IMG/VR virus record: IMGVR_UViG_640753020_000004
From: a virus
DNA: 64,000 nt
Direction: 5' to 3' (one strand)
Position numbers and translations under genes: made by a program. Positions 38,383 to 47,627 of the stretch are shown here, piece by piece; the first letter of the stretch is position 1, and each line of letters opens with the position of its first letter. Under the pieces are notes generated by a model that did no database searches, was not told the DNA's origin, and saw only the letters and a program-made list of their open reading frames with translations.

Positions 38383-38799
38383 CTATCTTTTCATATCTTG
38401 AAGTGTCTTTCTGAACTCTGTAACAAATTTATTAGTAGCTTTATTGACTAAATCATCTACAAAGATATCATCATCTATTTTTGCATCAACGCATATATTA
38501 CTCTGAATCAATTCTTCATTGAATACACTTGGATTATCTCTAACAAGCGCATAAATCGCAGTTTCTAAATCATAGATTTGTTTATGTTCTAATCCCACAT
38601 TGTAAACAAAATTAAATTGTTCAAGTATTTCATGGATAAATACTGATTCTTTCATTGATTGTGGTAGGCTTTTATCAATGTCTATACTTAATTTATCAGC
38701 ACAGCTTTCACCAATTCTATCCCTATCTCTAGCCAAATTTTCAGTATAATTAACTGTATAGATATGTCCTCCAATTTTAACTTTACCAGGTATATTCAA
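38383..38799 (-). CDS. Degenerate metallopeptidase-like protein (HEILE) with a TMP-like C-terminal tail
   Basis: IPGKVKIGG..Y.V, FIHEILE; C-terminus ATNKFVTEFRKTLQDMKR. Confidence 0.55.
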   Translation of the reverse strand: MNIPGKVKIGGHIYTVNYTENLARDRDRIGESCADKLSIDIDKSLPQSMKESVFIHEILEQFNFVYNVGLEHKQIYDLETAIYALVRDNPSVFNEELIQSNICVDAKIDDDIFVDDLVNKATNKFVTEFRKTLQDMKR

Positions 38800-38860
38800 A
38801 ACAATTCCTCCTTAATTTTAAGCACAATAAAAGCACCTACTATTTTTTAGTAAGTGCTTA

Positions 38861-39094
38861 TTAAATAATTTCTATTTCTTTAGCAATCTCATTTAGAGAT
38901 TTACCATTAAAAAACGGATCCTTTAACAGTATATCTACGTCATTATAACTTTTATTAACGTTACCATACGACATTGAAATATTATCATGGCTTAACGGAA
39001 TAATTGAACCATTCACATTATTATAGTTAAACTCTATATCCTGTGTTAGTGACAATATTAAATCTTTAATTGATTGTGCATTCATAAACATCAC
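38861..39094 (-). CDS. Putative immunity protein for the MuF toxin
   Basis: Small gene overlapping the toxin stop; DPFFNGKSLNEI motif. Confidence 0.65.
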   Translation of the reverse strand: MMFMNAQSIKDLILSLTQDIEFNYNNVNGSIIPLSHDNISMSYGNVNKSYNDVDILLKDPFFNGKSLNEIAKEIEII

Positions 39095-40422
39095 TCCAAT
39101 ATATCCTTGTGAATTTTCCTTTCCTTTTCAGTTAACTCTCTGGCAGGTCTTCCAACTATTTTTCCATTTTCCCAAATAATATCATGTGCATGTTCTCCGT
39201 TTTTACCATATGGGTGCATCTTAGGATTTCCATGATTAGTTGGATTTATTTGTGTTTTCATTTTCCCTTTATTGTCATATATAGTTCTATTATTAACTTT
39301 GCCATCCTTACTTAACTTATCTATAATAGAATTAGGTGTAGTTTCTGCCGGAATCTTACCTTTGCTATCTATTCTCCTAATACCATTATAAGGTATTTTA
39401 CTGATATCATCAATATACATGGAAGATTTCTTGTAAATATTTTGATACCAACTTTCAAGTCCTGGTTCACTTCCTGGATTCTTATTCCACCTTTTAAGCC
39501 TGTCAACAAAATCACTGGGGTTTTCATTTACTGTAAGTGTTACGCAGAGGCAATTCGGGTGGAAGGGATATGCTGGAGCTTTATCAACTGGGTAACAACC
39601 AATTCCAAGTCCGTATTCATCAACACCACATATATGGTCGCATATATCATATTTGGGATGTGAACCTGATAGTATAAATTTGACTCCACTGCATGAAGGG
39701 CTTACCATAGCACTTTGAATGGTAGCTTCACCGTATGCAGCAGTCATTTCGGTTCTTGCAAGTCTTAGAGATTCATAGCATATATCCTCTGGCACCCTGC
39801 TTCCCATTCTTTCCATCATATTAGGATACTGTTTTGCCAATGTTTTTTTGCCAGTTTTTACATACTTCTCAAGCATCCTAGCAGTCTTTACACAGTCTTG
39901 CCCTTCAGCCACTGCACCCTGGATTATCTCAGTCATATTGACCCTGTAATGTTTTGATTTACTCCATATCCTGTCTGAAATGTATAAACCCTCATGAGTT
40001 CTTGACCAACAGGTTTCTATAGCTCGTTGATTTGCACTGAAATGTAAATTTCTAACCTTAGATGCAGATACCTTAGATACTCCAGCTTCCTGAACTGCTT
40101 TAATATCTATGGCCTTTGCATACTCTGTAGCTGCTTCTGCATTTGCCTTGATATATTTTTCAAGATTCATAGTGAGCTGGCCTTCCAGTTTATCCTGCTG
40201 TTTCTTAAGAGCAGTAATGAGAGTTTCCAGTTGTCTTCTCCTAATCTTAGAGGTACCTTCTTTTTTAAGCTCATTAGATATATCATGGACAAGTCTTACA
40301 TACAATGCTCTTATTTCAGTTTCATTGTTAAGTCTCAGGTCTATATACTTACTTCTGGCCTTAAGTGCCCATGTTTTGTAATCACCTGCTGTCTTTTTAA
40401 GATCGTCTATTTCCTTACTCAT
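39091..40422 (-). CDS. MuF/gp7-like minor head protein with a C-terminal polymorphic toxin domain
   Basis: RLARTE, H...DICD, P.HPNC.C MuF core, then a His-rich extension NHGNPKMHPYGKNGEHAHD. Confidence 0.8.
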   Translation of the reverse strand: MSKEIDDLKKTAGDYKTWALKARSKYIDLRLNNETEIRALYVRLVHDISNELKKEGTSKIRRRQLETLITALKKQQDKLEGQLTMNLEKYIKANAEAATEYAKAIDIKAVQEAGVSKVSASKVRNLHFSANQRAIETCWSRTHEGLYISDRIWSKSKHYRVNMTEIIQGAVAEGQDCVKTARMLEKYVKTGKKTLAKQYPNMMERMGSRVPEDICYESLRLARTEMTAAYGEATIQSAMVSPSCSGVKFILSGSHPKYDICDHICGVDEYGLGIGCYPVDKAPAYPFHPNCLCVTLTVNENPSDFVDRLKRWNKNPGSEPGLESWYQNIYKKSSMYIDDISKIPYNGIRRIDSKGKIPAETTPNSIIDKLSKDGKVNNRTIYDNKGKMKTQINPTNHGNPKMHPYGKNGEHAHDIIWENGKIVGRPARELTEKERKIHKDILE

Positions 40423-41935
40423 TTACAGTACCCTCCTGAGTACTTAAATTATTTATTTCATCATCAAGCTTTTTCTTTTCATCATCAAGGCCGCCTGAAT
40501 CCTGCATCCTAAAGTTGAGCATCTTATCTTTAATTATCTTTTCCCTTTCACCAACTATACCCTCATCACTAGATATGTAATCACTCATGGTATCAACATA
40601 CCCTGAAAGGAAATTAGCAGCAGATTCCACTGAAATAAATCCTCCTGTAATCGCAGTTTCAAGGGCAGTTGCAATATAGTTAAGAGTTTCAGCACTTTCC
40701 TTATTATCCTTAGGAGTGACTTCATCCCACCCCAAGGTAACATCATAACTTGCAAAATTACCACCTGCAGATTGAGCAGACATTATGAGTACCATCCTTG
40801 CAAGTATACGCCATTGTTCAGTGAATTGTTCCCTCTTACGCCTTATCTTATTGGCCATTATAGGCATCTGCTCTTTTACACTGGCAAGAGCACTTGGAGT
40901 ATGTACCCCAAATACAAATTCAGGGACTTCACTAACATCAACAATACAATAAAATAAGAGGCTTAACAGTACCTTTGCATCACCTGTGGCACTATTAACC
41001 TCTACAAATCCTGCATCTTCATCAGATGCCATAAATAAGACCTCATGTCCATCTAAGTTTATTTTTCCACCATCTTTTGCAAACTTTACTGGATCTTCAA
41101 CTCCAAAATTATTGGCCAAGAAACTTTTAACATCCTTAAGTTTCATCTTCAATTTAGGAGTACTATGCATTTTGCTTCCCTTTAATGCATGAAGCATAAC
41201 ATCATGATAGGCTTTTAGTAATGGTTCTATAGGTTCAATATCACTCTGCCCATACTTTAGTGTTTCATCAGGTTCATTTTTAAAATGCACTATAGGAATG
41301 AAACCCCAAGGATTAGGTATTGTACCTGCTTGTATACCTTCTGGAGTATCTCCTGTTATTTGTATAGTCCTTTCAGTAGCTGTTATGGCTTGAGTGATAT
41401 CACATTTAAATTTATTGCCCTCTATGTCCTGCCATTCCTGATGGCTTTTTAAAATATATGCGGTTGGTTCCCCTGTGGTAGGGTCAAGTAATATATCCTT
41501 AATTTGCTCTGGAGGGATAAAATTATAAACCAATCTATTAGGTTTATCGGGGTATAGTGGATTGGCAACCTCTTCCCTTGTAATCCATACATAGCTGTCA
41601 CCAAGTTTCAAGGCATCAGTATGTGTCTTAAGCATCTGCGAGGTATTATCAAGAATAAAATCATCAAGAATCTCCTGTGCTGATTCATCTGCACAGTCAA
41701 AGTGAGGTACCCCCATAAAACCTACAGTGGAATTTATTATAGGTCTTACAAAAGGAGCACCCAATTTATAGTCGTCATTATTATTCTGATATAATTGCCT
41801 TGCAAGTTCATAATCCACCTGTGAACTATCCAATTGATATGTTGATGTAGCAGCTCCACCAGATATACGCATCTGCTCACCTTTCGGATTCAGCAGTTTC
41901 AATTTTACACTTTTAATAAAAGACTTTAACCCCAT
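40415..41935 (-). CDS. Portal protein (SPP1 gp6-like)
   Basis: Follows the terminase; WGFIPIVHFKN..YGQSDIE. Confidence 0.85.
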   Translation of the reverse strand: MGLKSFIKSVKLKLLNPKGEQMRISGGAATSTYQLDSSQVDYELARQLYQNNNDDYKLGAPFVRPIINSTVGFMGVPHFDCADESAQEILDDFILDNTSQMLKTHTDALKLGDSYVWITREEVANPLYPDKPNRLVYNFIPPEQIKDILLDPTTGEPTAYILKSHQEWQDIEGNKFKCDITQAITATERTIQITGDTPEGIQAGTIPNPWGFIPIVHFKNEPDETLKYGQSDIEPIEPLLKAYHDVMLHALKGSKMHSTPKLKMKLKDVKSFLANNFGVEDPVKFAKDGGKINLDGHEVLFMASDEDAGFVEVNSATGDAKVLLSLLFYCIVDVSEVPEFVFGVHTPSALASVKEQMPIMANKIRRKREQFTEQWRILARMVLIMSAQSAGGNFASYDVTLGWDEVTPKDNKESAETLNYIATALETAITGGFISVESAANFLSGYVDTMSDYISSDEGIVGEREKIIKDKMLNFRMQDSGGLDDEKKKLDDEINNLSTQEGTVNE

Positions 41936-43197
41936 ATTCTCACCCCTTTCAATAAAGATAAATCACTACTTGATACTGGATACAATGTTTGGATTAAATA
42001 TCTAAGTGCATCCATAGCATGGTCATTCTGCTTTAATGGTTTATCCTCACCATGTTTTTGTGCTTTATCATCCCATATATAAGACTCAAATTCTTTTATG
42101 AGATTAGGACACCTGTTCTTAACTATATGAATTCTTTCATCATTGAGCCATGTCGTTACATTACTTATTCCATCTATTACGGTATTATCTGCTTCAAGTA
42201 CGGATATTCCATCTTGTCTAAATAAGTTAATTAGTGATGTAGCTGATGGGTCTATTATTACGTTTCTAGGTTTTATACCTTTAGCAAAATCTTTGTAATC
42301 CGATAGGAATAAATTATCTGTCTTAGGGCTACCGCCATCACCTTTGTTATAATATTCATCAACTATGAATATATGTGGTATATGTTCATACAACCTAACT
42401 GCGGCTTTCAAATACACGTGGGGATTTGTTATCCCATAATCGCATGGGATATAAAATATTAAATTGTCTCTAGGAACCTCATCTATTGATATACAATGCT
42501 TTTTCTCATCAAATCCAGGGTATATAACTCCATCTGCCATTACCCATAACCCTTTGATAAATCGATCATAAAATAATCCCGAATAAGCTTTTTTTATATT
42601 TTCCTTATATTCCTCACTTAAAGTTAAATTATCATCTAAATCAAAGTGCCAATGGCAATATTCATTCTCCTTGCACTTATCAATATATTCAGTTCTTATA
42701 TAGTGATAAGGACTATCTGGATTAGTTGTCCAAAAAGCCTTTGCGCCTTTTAAACTCATTCTTGATAATGCTTGTTTAACGAAACTCTCATGATGCAGCG
42801 TTATTTCATCAGCCATCCATCCACCAATAGTGATACCTCTTATCTTCCCCTCGTCATTTGCTTTGGAGCCTCCTCTGCAGTAACATATTTTTGTTCTGCC
42901 ATCATAATTTATTATAAGTTGGGCTCCACCTTTAGAACTATCCTGATAAGACGCTTTATTTTGGCCAAGAATATATATCATATCTCCTATAACATTTCTA
43001 TATAATGAATCAGTGCTTTCACCTGACATGAGAAATTTATCATACGGAGAATTCAGTATAAATAAAGTCCATGCTAGATTTACTATAAATGTTTTACCAC
43101 TCCTTACACTTCCTTCAAGAATATTAATAAAGCCCATTTGATTATTTAATAATTTCTTCACAACATCCTTTTGTTTAGGAGAATATTTATAACTCAT
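41926..43197 (-). CDS. Terminase large subunit (PBSX XtmB-like)
   Basis: EGSVRSGKT Walker A, ADEIT Walker B, TTNP, DYG, DPSA, NDHAMDALRY. Confidence 0.93.
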   Translation of the reverse strand: MSYKYSPKQKDVVKKLLNNQMGFINILEGSVRSGKTFIVNLAWTLFILNSPYDKFLMSGESTDSLYRNVIGDMIYILGQNKASYQDSSKGGAQLIINYDGRTKICYCRGGSKANDEGKIRGITIGGWMADEITLHHESFVKQALSRMSLKGAKAFWTTNPDSPYHYIRTEYIDKCKENEYCHWHFDLDDNLTLSEEYKENIKKAYSGLFYDRFIKGLWVMADGVIYPGFDEKKHCISIDEVPRDNLIFYIPCDYGITNPHVYLKAAVRLYEHIPHIFIVDEYYNKGDGGSPKTDNLFLSDYKDFAKGIKPRNVIIDPSATSLINLFRQDGISVLEADNTVIDGISNVTTWLNDERIHIVKNRCPNLIKEFESYIWDDKAQKHGEDKPLKQNDHAMDALRYLIQTLYPVSSSDLSLLKGVRIWG

Positions 43198-43969
43198 TTT
43201 TCAAACCTTCCAGCATCTCTTTTAATACTCCATCATTTCCTTTATCCTTATCAGGATTTTTAACCTTCTCCACCTCAGCCCTAAGCTTTTCCATCCTCAA
43301 CCTCTGTTCTTCTGTTGCCATGTCTGGGTTGTTATGAACCATCTCATCATGTTGCTTGATAAGGCTCCTTAACTCTGCCATAGCCCTTGATTGAGCTTTA
43401 AGGAATGTGGCTTGTCTGTCCCATGCAAATTGGAACTCATATTCAAATTCTTTTTCTGATTCATTAGTGGAAGTTTTCTGCGTGCTTCTATCTTTAGTCT
43501 TAACCTTGGACTTTTTAAGTTCCTTAATCATTTCCTCTTTACTCTTAACATCCATAATTCTCTGAGACCTTGCTATGGCCGTATATTGAATTATTATATT
43601 TTCCCAGAGCATATCCAAAGGATTTTTAATCATAATATCCTGCACCACCTCCATTGTTTCAGGCGGAAAAATCTTAGAAAAAAAGCCATGGGATTCAGCG
43701 TTTTTGTTTCCCTTTGGTACGCTGCTCACATGACCTTTTGAATTCTTATTTTGTGGTTGGCCGCCCTTTTTTCGTTTAGTTGCGCAACTATTCCCGTTTG
43801 ATTGCGCAACTTTATTTTTATTGTCCCAATTATCCTGAGCTTTCCAATTTCTAACCTGACTTTCGGAAACATTTAAAACCTTTGCTATATCCTTACATAA
43901 TAGTGTTTTACCCGATTCTAAGTACATTTGTTTAGCTTTATCCCGGTTCGGGCTTCTCTGTCTCGGCAT
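43187..43969 (-). CDS. Terminase small subunit (PBSX XtmA-like)
   Basis: MPRQRSPNRDKA, N-terminal HTH, GGQPQN.N, GN.NA..HGF. Confidence 0.9.
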   Translation of the reverse strand: MPRQRSPNRDKAKQMYLESGKTLLCKDIAKVLNVSESQVRNWKAQDNWDNKNKVAQSNGNSCATKRKKGGQPQNKNSKGHVSSVPKGNKNAESHGFFSKIFPPETMEVVQDIMIKNPLDMLWENIIIQYTAIARSQRIMDVKSKEEMIKELKKSKVKTKDRSTQKTSTNESEKEFEYEFQFAWDRQATFLKAQSRAMAELRSLIKQHDEMVHNNPDMATEEQRLRMEKLRAEVEKVKNPDKDKGNDGVLKEMLEGLKNEL

Positions 43970-44047
43970 CTCTACATTGTCACCACCTGCCTCATTCGTT
44001 TTGTTTGGGGGATGAAGAAAGAGCCCTGTTGGGGGGCTCTTTGAATA

Positions 44048-46030
44048 CTATAAAAATATATCTTCTTCAAAACTAGATTCTTCTTCAATTTGATTCTTCA
44101 GTTTAACACATTCATCGTAATTGAATATATATTTTTCACGTGATAGATTAATCTTATTACTATGGTTGAAAACAATTAAAAATTCATTAAGCAGACCAAA
44201 AGTTTCTTCTTCATTTGTGGTATTTTCATTTTCTATACTTAATATATATTTATCACTATCAAAACTTTCAACAGATCTATATAAATCAATTAAATCATCT
44301 TCACTTCTAACCCTCTTTACTATAGAAGAATTTTTGCTAGTCAATAAATCTATCAGCACATCCAAATCTTTATCTTTGCTATAGCATCCAATTGCCATAT
44401 TAAAATACTTAGTGTGTATAATGCGACGTTTACTTAACCTAGACTTATCCCATTGTTCAAAAATATCACTGCTTATATACCTTTTTCCCGATTTATCTTT
44501 ATCAAAAAATCCTATATAAACTTCATCATAAATAAAATTTATATTTTTTCTTATATCCAACACTCGTCTATCATAACTCTCATATTTTTTGTCTGTATAC
44601 GAACTATCATAATATTCAATAAACTCTTTTATAATTGGATAAACTATTGCTTTTCTAAACTCCTTATAATCTATATCATAACAAAAATCTAATACATTAT
44701 AATACTTAGATATTTTTTCTCCTTGTATCATTGTCCATAAATACACATCTTGTTTCTCCTTTGAATCATAGCAAATATAACTCGCCGCAAAATATTCTTG
44801 AAATGACTTGTGAATCCATCTATATTCAACGCCATCTTTTATAAATATCGGAACAGCATGAACAATATCATAAATGAAATCATTTGCTTTAAACTGTATT
44901 CCTACCGCCATTGATTTCGCTTTATTTACTATTTTAATAAGCTCCTCCTTGCAATAACTTATCCCTTTGCTTAATGTAATAAATCCTAATATTCTAAGCA
45001 CCCTATGAAAATCCTCTATATCAAGTTTGCTATTTTTAGGATGTACATAGGCTCCTCCTTTAGTTCTATCATGATCCTGAAATAAAGCATCATATACTTG
45101 CCTATAAAATATTTGTTTTTTGTAAGGAACTACCCTTTTATATTGAAAAGCTATATAAAGTAATGAAACCATTAAAGGATTTACCAAAAATTCATCAATT
45201 ATTCTTAAATTTTCTTCACCATTAAGACTTCTTATTAATTCTTTTGATAGTTCTCCATTATTGTCATATTTACAAATTAATTCGTATGCTTCCTTTTTAG
45301 TTAATGCTTTTATATCAAACCTTTGAAAATCTGAAAAACAACTGAGAGCATTTTCATCTCTAGATGATATCACAAAATTATTACTCAAATTTTTTGTAGT
45401 TGAAGTTTTTGATATGAAATTTTGTAGATTTTCTGTAACTTCTTTCTTGTTTTCATCTATTATCTCATCATATCCATCAAAGAAAAACACGAAACCACCT
45501 TCTTCAATTAAATCTAAAATCTCCTTTTTACTAAAATATTCTTTTATGCCATTAATTTCACTAACAATAAAATCAATTATAGAAGTATCTACTTTTAATT
45601 TTCTTAGTTCTATTAACACCGGAATACCCTTATTTTCTTTTATAATACTCAGATATAAATATTTTAATATAGTTGATTTCCCCATTCCAGCACTATCTAC
45701 CAATAAAACTTTGCTATAATGTGGTACAAAATTATCATGATATCTATCTATACAAATTCTAACATTATCTTTATTATTTGTTGAACATTTTGATACATTT
45801 AATGGTATGTATAAATCATCTATAGTCTTTTGCTGATTTTTAAAAGCAATAGTATTCATATATAAATTGCTATTATACGAACGCTCCATATATTCATTAA
45901 ATTTATCTTCAAAGCCCAATTTATTATTAATATTTAGTAGTTCTAGCCGCGGCTTTATATATGTACTTATAACTAATTTTATCATTTCACTTATACCAGC
46001 AGTAACTGCTATCTTTGTAAATTCTTCCAT
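44048..46030 (-). CDS. NACHT-family STAND NTPase (bacterial NLR-related, effector-less type)
   Basis: Walker A DSAGMGKST, PVLIELR, Walker B FFFDGYDE, ISSR, NPL, W.HKSFQEYFAA. Confidence 0.9.
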   Translation of the reverse strand: MEEFTKIAVTAGISEMIKLVISTYIKPRLELLNINNKLGFEDKFNEYMERSYNSNLYMNTIAFKNQQKTIDDLYIPLNVSKCSTNNKDNVRICIDRYHDNFVPHYSKVLLVDSAGMGKSTILKYLYLSIIKENKGIPVLIELRKLKVDTSIIDFIVSEINGIKEYFSKKEILDLIEEGGFVFFFDGYDEIIDENKKEVTENLQNFISKTSTTKNLSNNFVISSRDENALSCFSDFQRFDIKALTKKEAYELICKYDNNGELSKELIRSLNGEENLRIIDEFLVNPLMVSLLYIAFQYKRVVPYKKQIFYRQVYDALFQDHDRTKGGAYVHPKNSKLDIEDFHRVLRILGFITLSKGISYCKEELIKIVNKAKSMAVGIQFKANDFIYDIVHAVPIFIKDGVEYRWIHKSFQEYFAASYICYDSKEKQDVYLWTMIQGEKISKYYNVLDFCYDIDYKEFRKAIVYPIIKEFIEYYDSSYTDKKYESYDRRVLDIRKNINFIYDEVYIGFFDKDKSGKRYISSDIFEQWDKSRLSKRRIIHTKYFNMAIGCYSKDKDLDVLIDLLTSKNSSIVKRVRSEDDLIDLYRSVESFDSDKYILSIENENTTNEEETFGLLNEFLIVFNHSNKINLSREKYIFNYDECVKLKNQIEEESSFEEDIFL

Positions 46031-46059
46031 ACATTGCTTACCCCCTTGTTTGTATTAAC

Positions 46060-46122
46060 CTTCTACAAAATAACCCAAAATTCCTCCTAAATTTTAGAGG
46101 AATTTAACATTTTATGTTGAAT
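46060..46122. promoter_or_regulatory. Back-to-back sigma-H-like promoters for DUF2188 (+) and NACHT (-)
   Basis: Plus: AGGA (46098)-N17-GAAT (46119). Minus: AGGA-N18-GAAG with TTTTGTAGAA. The -35 boxes form an inverted repeat. Confidence 0.55.
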
Positions 46123-46123
46123 A

Positions 46124-46375
46124 TTGGTATTGAAGGAGGTGATTGCTGTGGGTAAAAATCAACATGTTACTTATAATAAAGATGATAACACTTGGAATGT
46201 AAAAGGTGAAGGCAATTCTAAAGCAACTAAAATTACCAACACCAAACAAGAAGCTGTTAATATTGCTAGGAAAATAGCCAATAATCAAGATTCAGAATTA
46301 GTTATCCATGGAAAGGATAATAAAATCCAATCCAAGGATAGCCACAGACATGATCCTTTTCCACCAAAAGGTTAA
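46124..46375 (+). CDS. DUF2188 protein
   Basis: NQHV...W.VKGEG..KAT..TKQEA...AR.IA.NQ..ELVIHG..G-type motif, HDPFPPKG. Confidence 0.9.
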   Translation: MVLKEVIAVGKNQHVTYNKDDNTWNVKGEGNSKATKITNTKQEAVNIARKIANNQDSELVIHGKDNKIQSKDSHRHDPFPPKG

Positions 46376-46527
46376 TTTCTATCATAATTAGGAGTTAGCC
46401 TTATCCTATAACCACTAGCTGCGTCAGCATCTTCATTTGTTATTTCAGCTATGGTTGTATGATTTTCTTCGTCAGTTTCAACAACTATTTTAGTATATTT
46501 ATCTGATAACACATCTATACTCTCCAT
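46372..46527 (-). CDS. Small acidic protein (51 aa), convergent with DUF2188
   Basis: Open frame MESIDVLSDKYTKIVVETDE..; RBS. Confidence 0.55.
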   Translation of the reverse strand: MESIDVLSDKYTKIVVETDEENHTTIAEITNEDADAASGYRIRLTPNYDRN

Positions 46528-46534
46528 TATATTC

Positions 46535-46696
46535 TCACCTCACCCTCCTAACAGCACCCTTGACCCTCCTGTAGCACTCATGCCGTATCAATTTTTCTAT
46601 ATCAGAAAAGGAGAGGTATTCGCCTCTCCCTGGTTTGTCTTTATTTAGTTTTCTATCCTGGTTAAGCTTTTCTTTTAAGATTTCTCTTATCTTCAT
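46535..46696 (-). CDS. Small basic phage protein (53 aa)
   Basis: MKIREILKE..LSFSDIEKLIRHECYRRVKGAVRRVR; GAGG RBS. Confidence 0.6.
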   Translation of the reverse strand: MKIREILKEKLNQDRKLNKDKPGRGEYLSFSDIEKLIRHECYRRVKGAVRRVR

Positions 46697-46883
46697 ACCT
46701 CTCACCTATTTCTTTTTTACGTAAGAAGAGTATATCTGAAATTTAAATATTAGTGTAAAAAGGAGATATGTTAAACAGATATACTCATAGCAAGTAACTA
46801 TCTGGAGGTTAGTTACACTTATATTCATATATATGCTCTAACTTTAATATTTATACACTCTCTAATGATTCTCAACTCTTATT

Positions 46884-46911
46884 CACAGATTTGATATTTT
46901 ACTCATAGTAT
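46884..46911 (+). promoter_or_regulatory. Sigma-K-like (mother-cell) promoter
   Basis: CACA-N16-CATAGTAT upstream of the Arg-rich gene. Confidence 0.5.
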
Positions 46912-46941
46912 GACATTGTAAACAAACTTACGGAGGTACCT

Positions 46942-47232
46942 ATGAGTATCAATGATTCTAATGACAACTCCAATGACAAAGTTGAAAATTCTTATGACTT
47001 TGGAGCTTCCATGTATTGCCCATACTGCTCAATGCCCTATACTGGACCAATCCAAGATGAATATATAGATGTAGATCCTTATGATAAAGACTTTGATGAA
47101 AATTTTGATGATGACTTCAATCCCGGATATAGACAAAGACGTCGTAGAAGACGTAGGCGTAGACGCAGAAGGCATAGACGTGGGTTCCCTCTTTGGCCAT
47201 TAATATTTTTCTACGACGACTGGTATTGGTAA
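46942..47232 (+). CDS. Spore-coat/exosporium-like protein (acidic N-terminus, CPYC, poly-Arg, aromatic C-terminus)
   Basis: GGAGG RBS; RQRRRRRRRRRRRRHRRGFPLWPLIFFYDDWYW. Confidence 0.6.
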   Translation: MSINDSNDNSNDKVENSYDFGASMYCPYCSMPYTGPIQDEYIDVDPYDKDFDENFDDDFNPGYRQRRRRRRRRRRRRHRRGFPLWPLIFFYDDWYW

Positions 47233-47358
47233 TAAAAAATATTTTACACTTTATAAATATACTTAATTTAATCATTATAAAAAATAAGCACCCTAAATAA
47301 TGAGTGCTTATTTTAATAATATTATTTTTTAAGGATAGAATCTTGATACATCAATTTC

Positions 47359-47615
47359 TGGCGGTTGCATTTTAAGTTTTAAGTGCCCTGCAACCACAGA
47401 CACAGACTTAAATTTACATTTGGTGGGAACCTAATTTATAAGCCATTTTTTTATTATATACATTACTTGTTACAATCCAATGTCCTATGTGACAACTATT
47501 TGTAAACAATGCAAAATAGACACTGCATTAACAGTGCCTATCTCTGACATACACATATATAGTTTTATTTTATTTGCGGTTTCCCGCATTGGTAGCTATA
47601 CTTTAGGCTATAGCC
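47359..47615 (-). ncRNA. Cluster of hairpins including two tRNA-acceptor-like minihelices ending in NCCA
   Basis: GGCTATA-8-TATAGCT-A-CCA (47615-47590); GGTTGCA-19-TGCAACC-G-CCA (47395-47359); GCGG-GAAA-CCGC; GGCACTG/CAGTGTC. Confidence 0.45.
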
Positions 47616-47627
47616 AAACCTGTATAC

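Noticed and set aside
47340-47620. Canonical tRNA genes
   Set aside because: Only acceptor-like stems are present, with no D, anticodon or TpsiC arms. Reported as minihelices instead.
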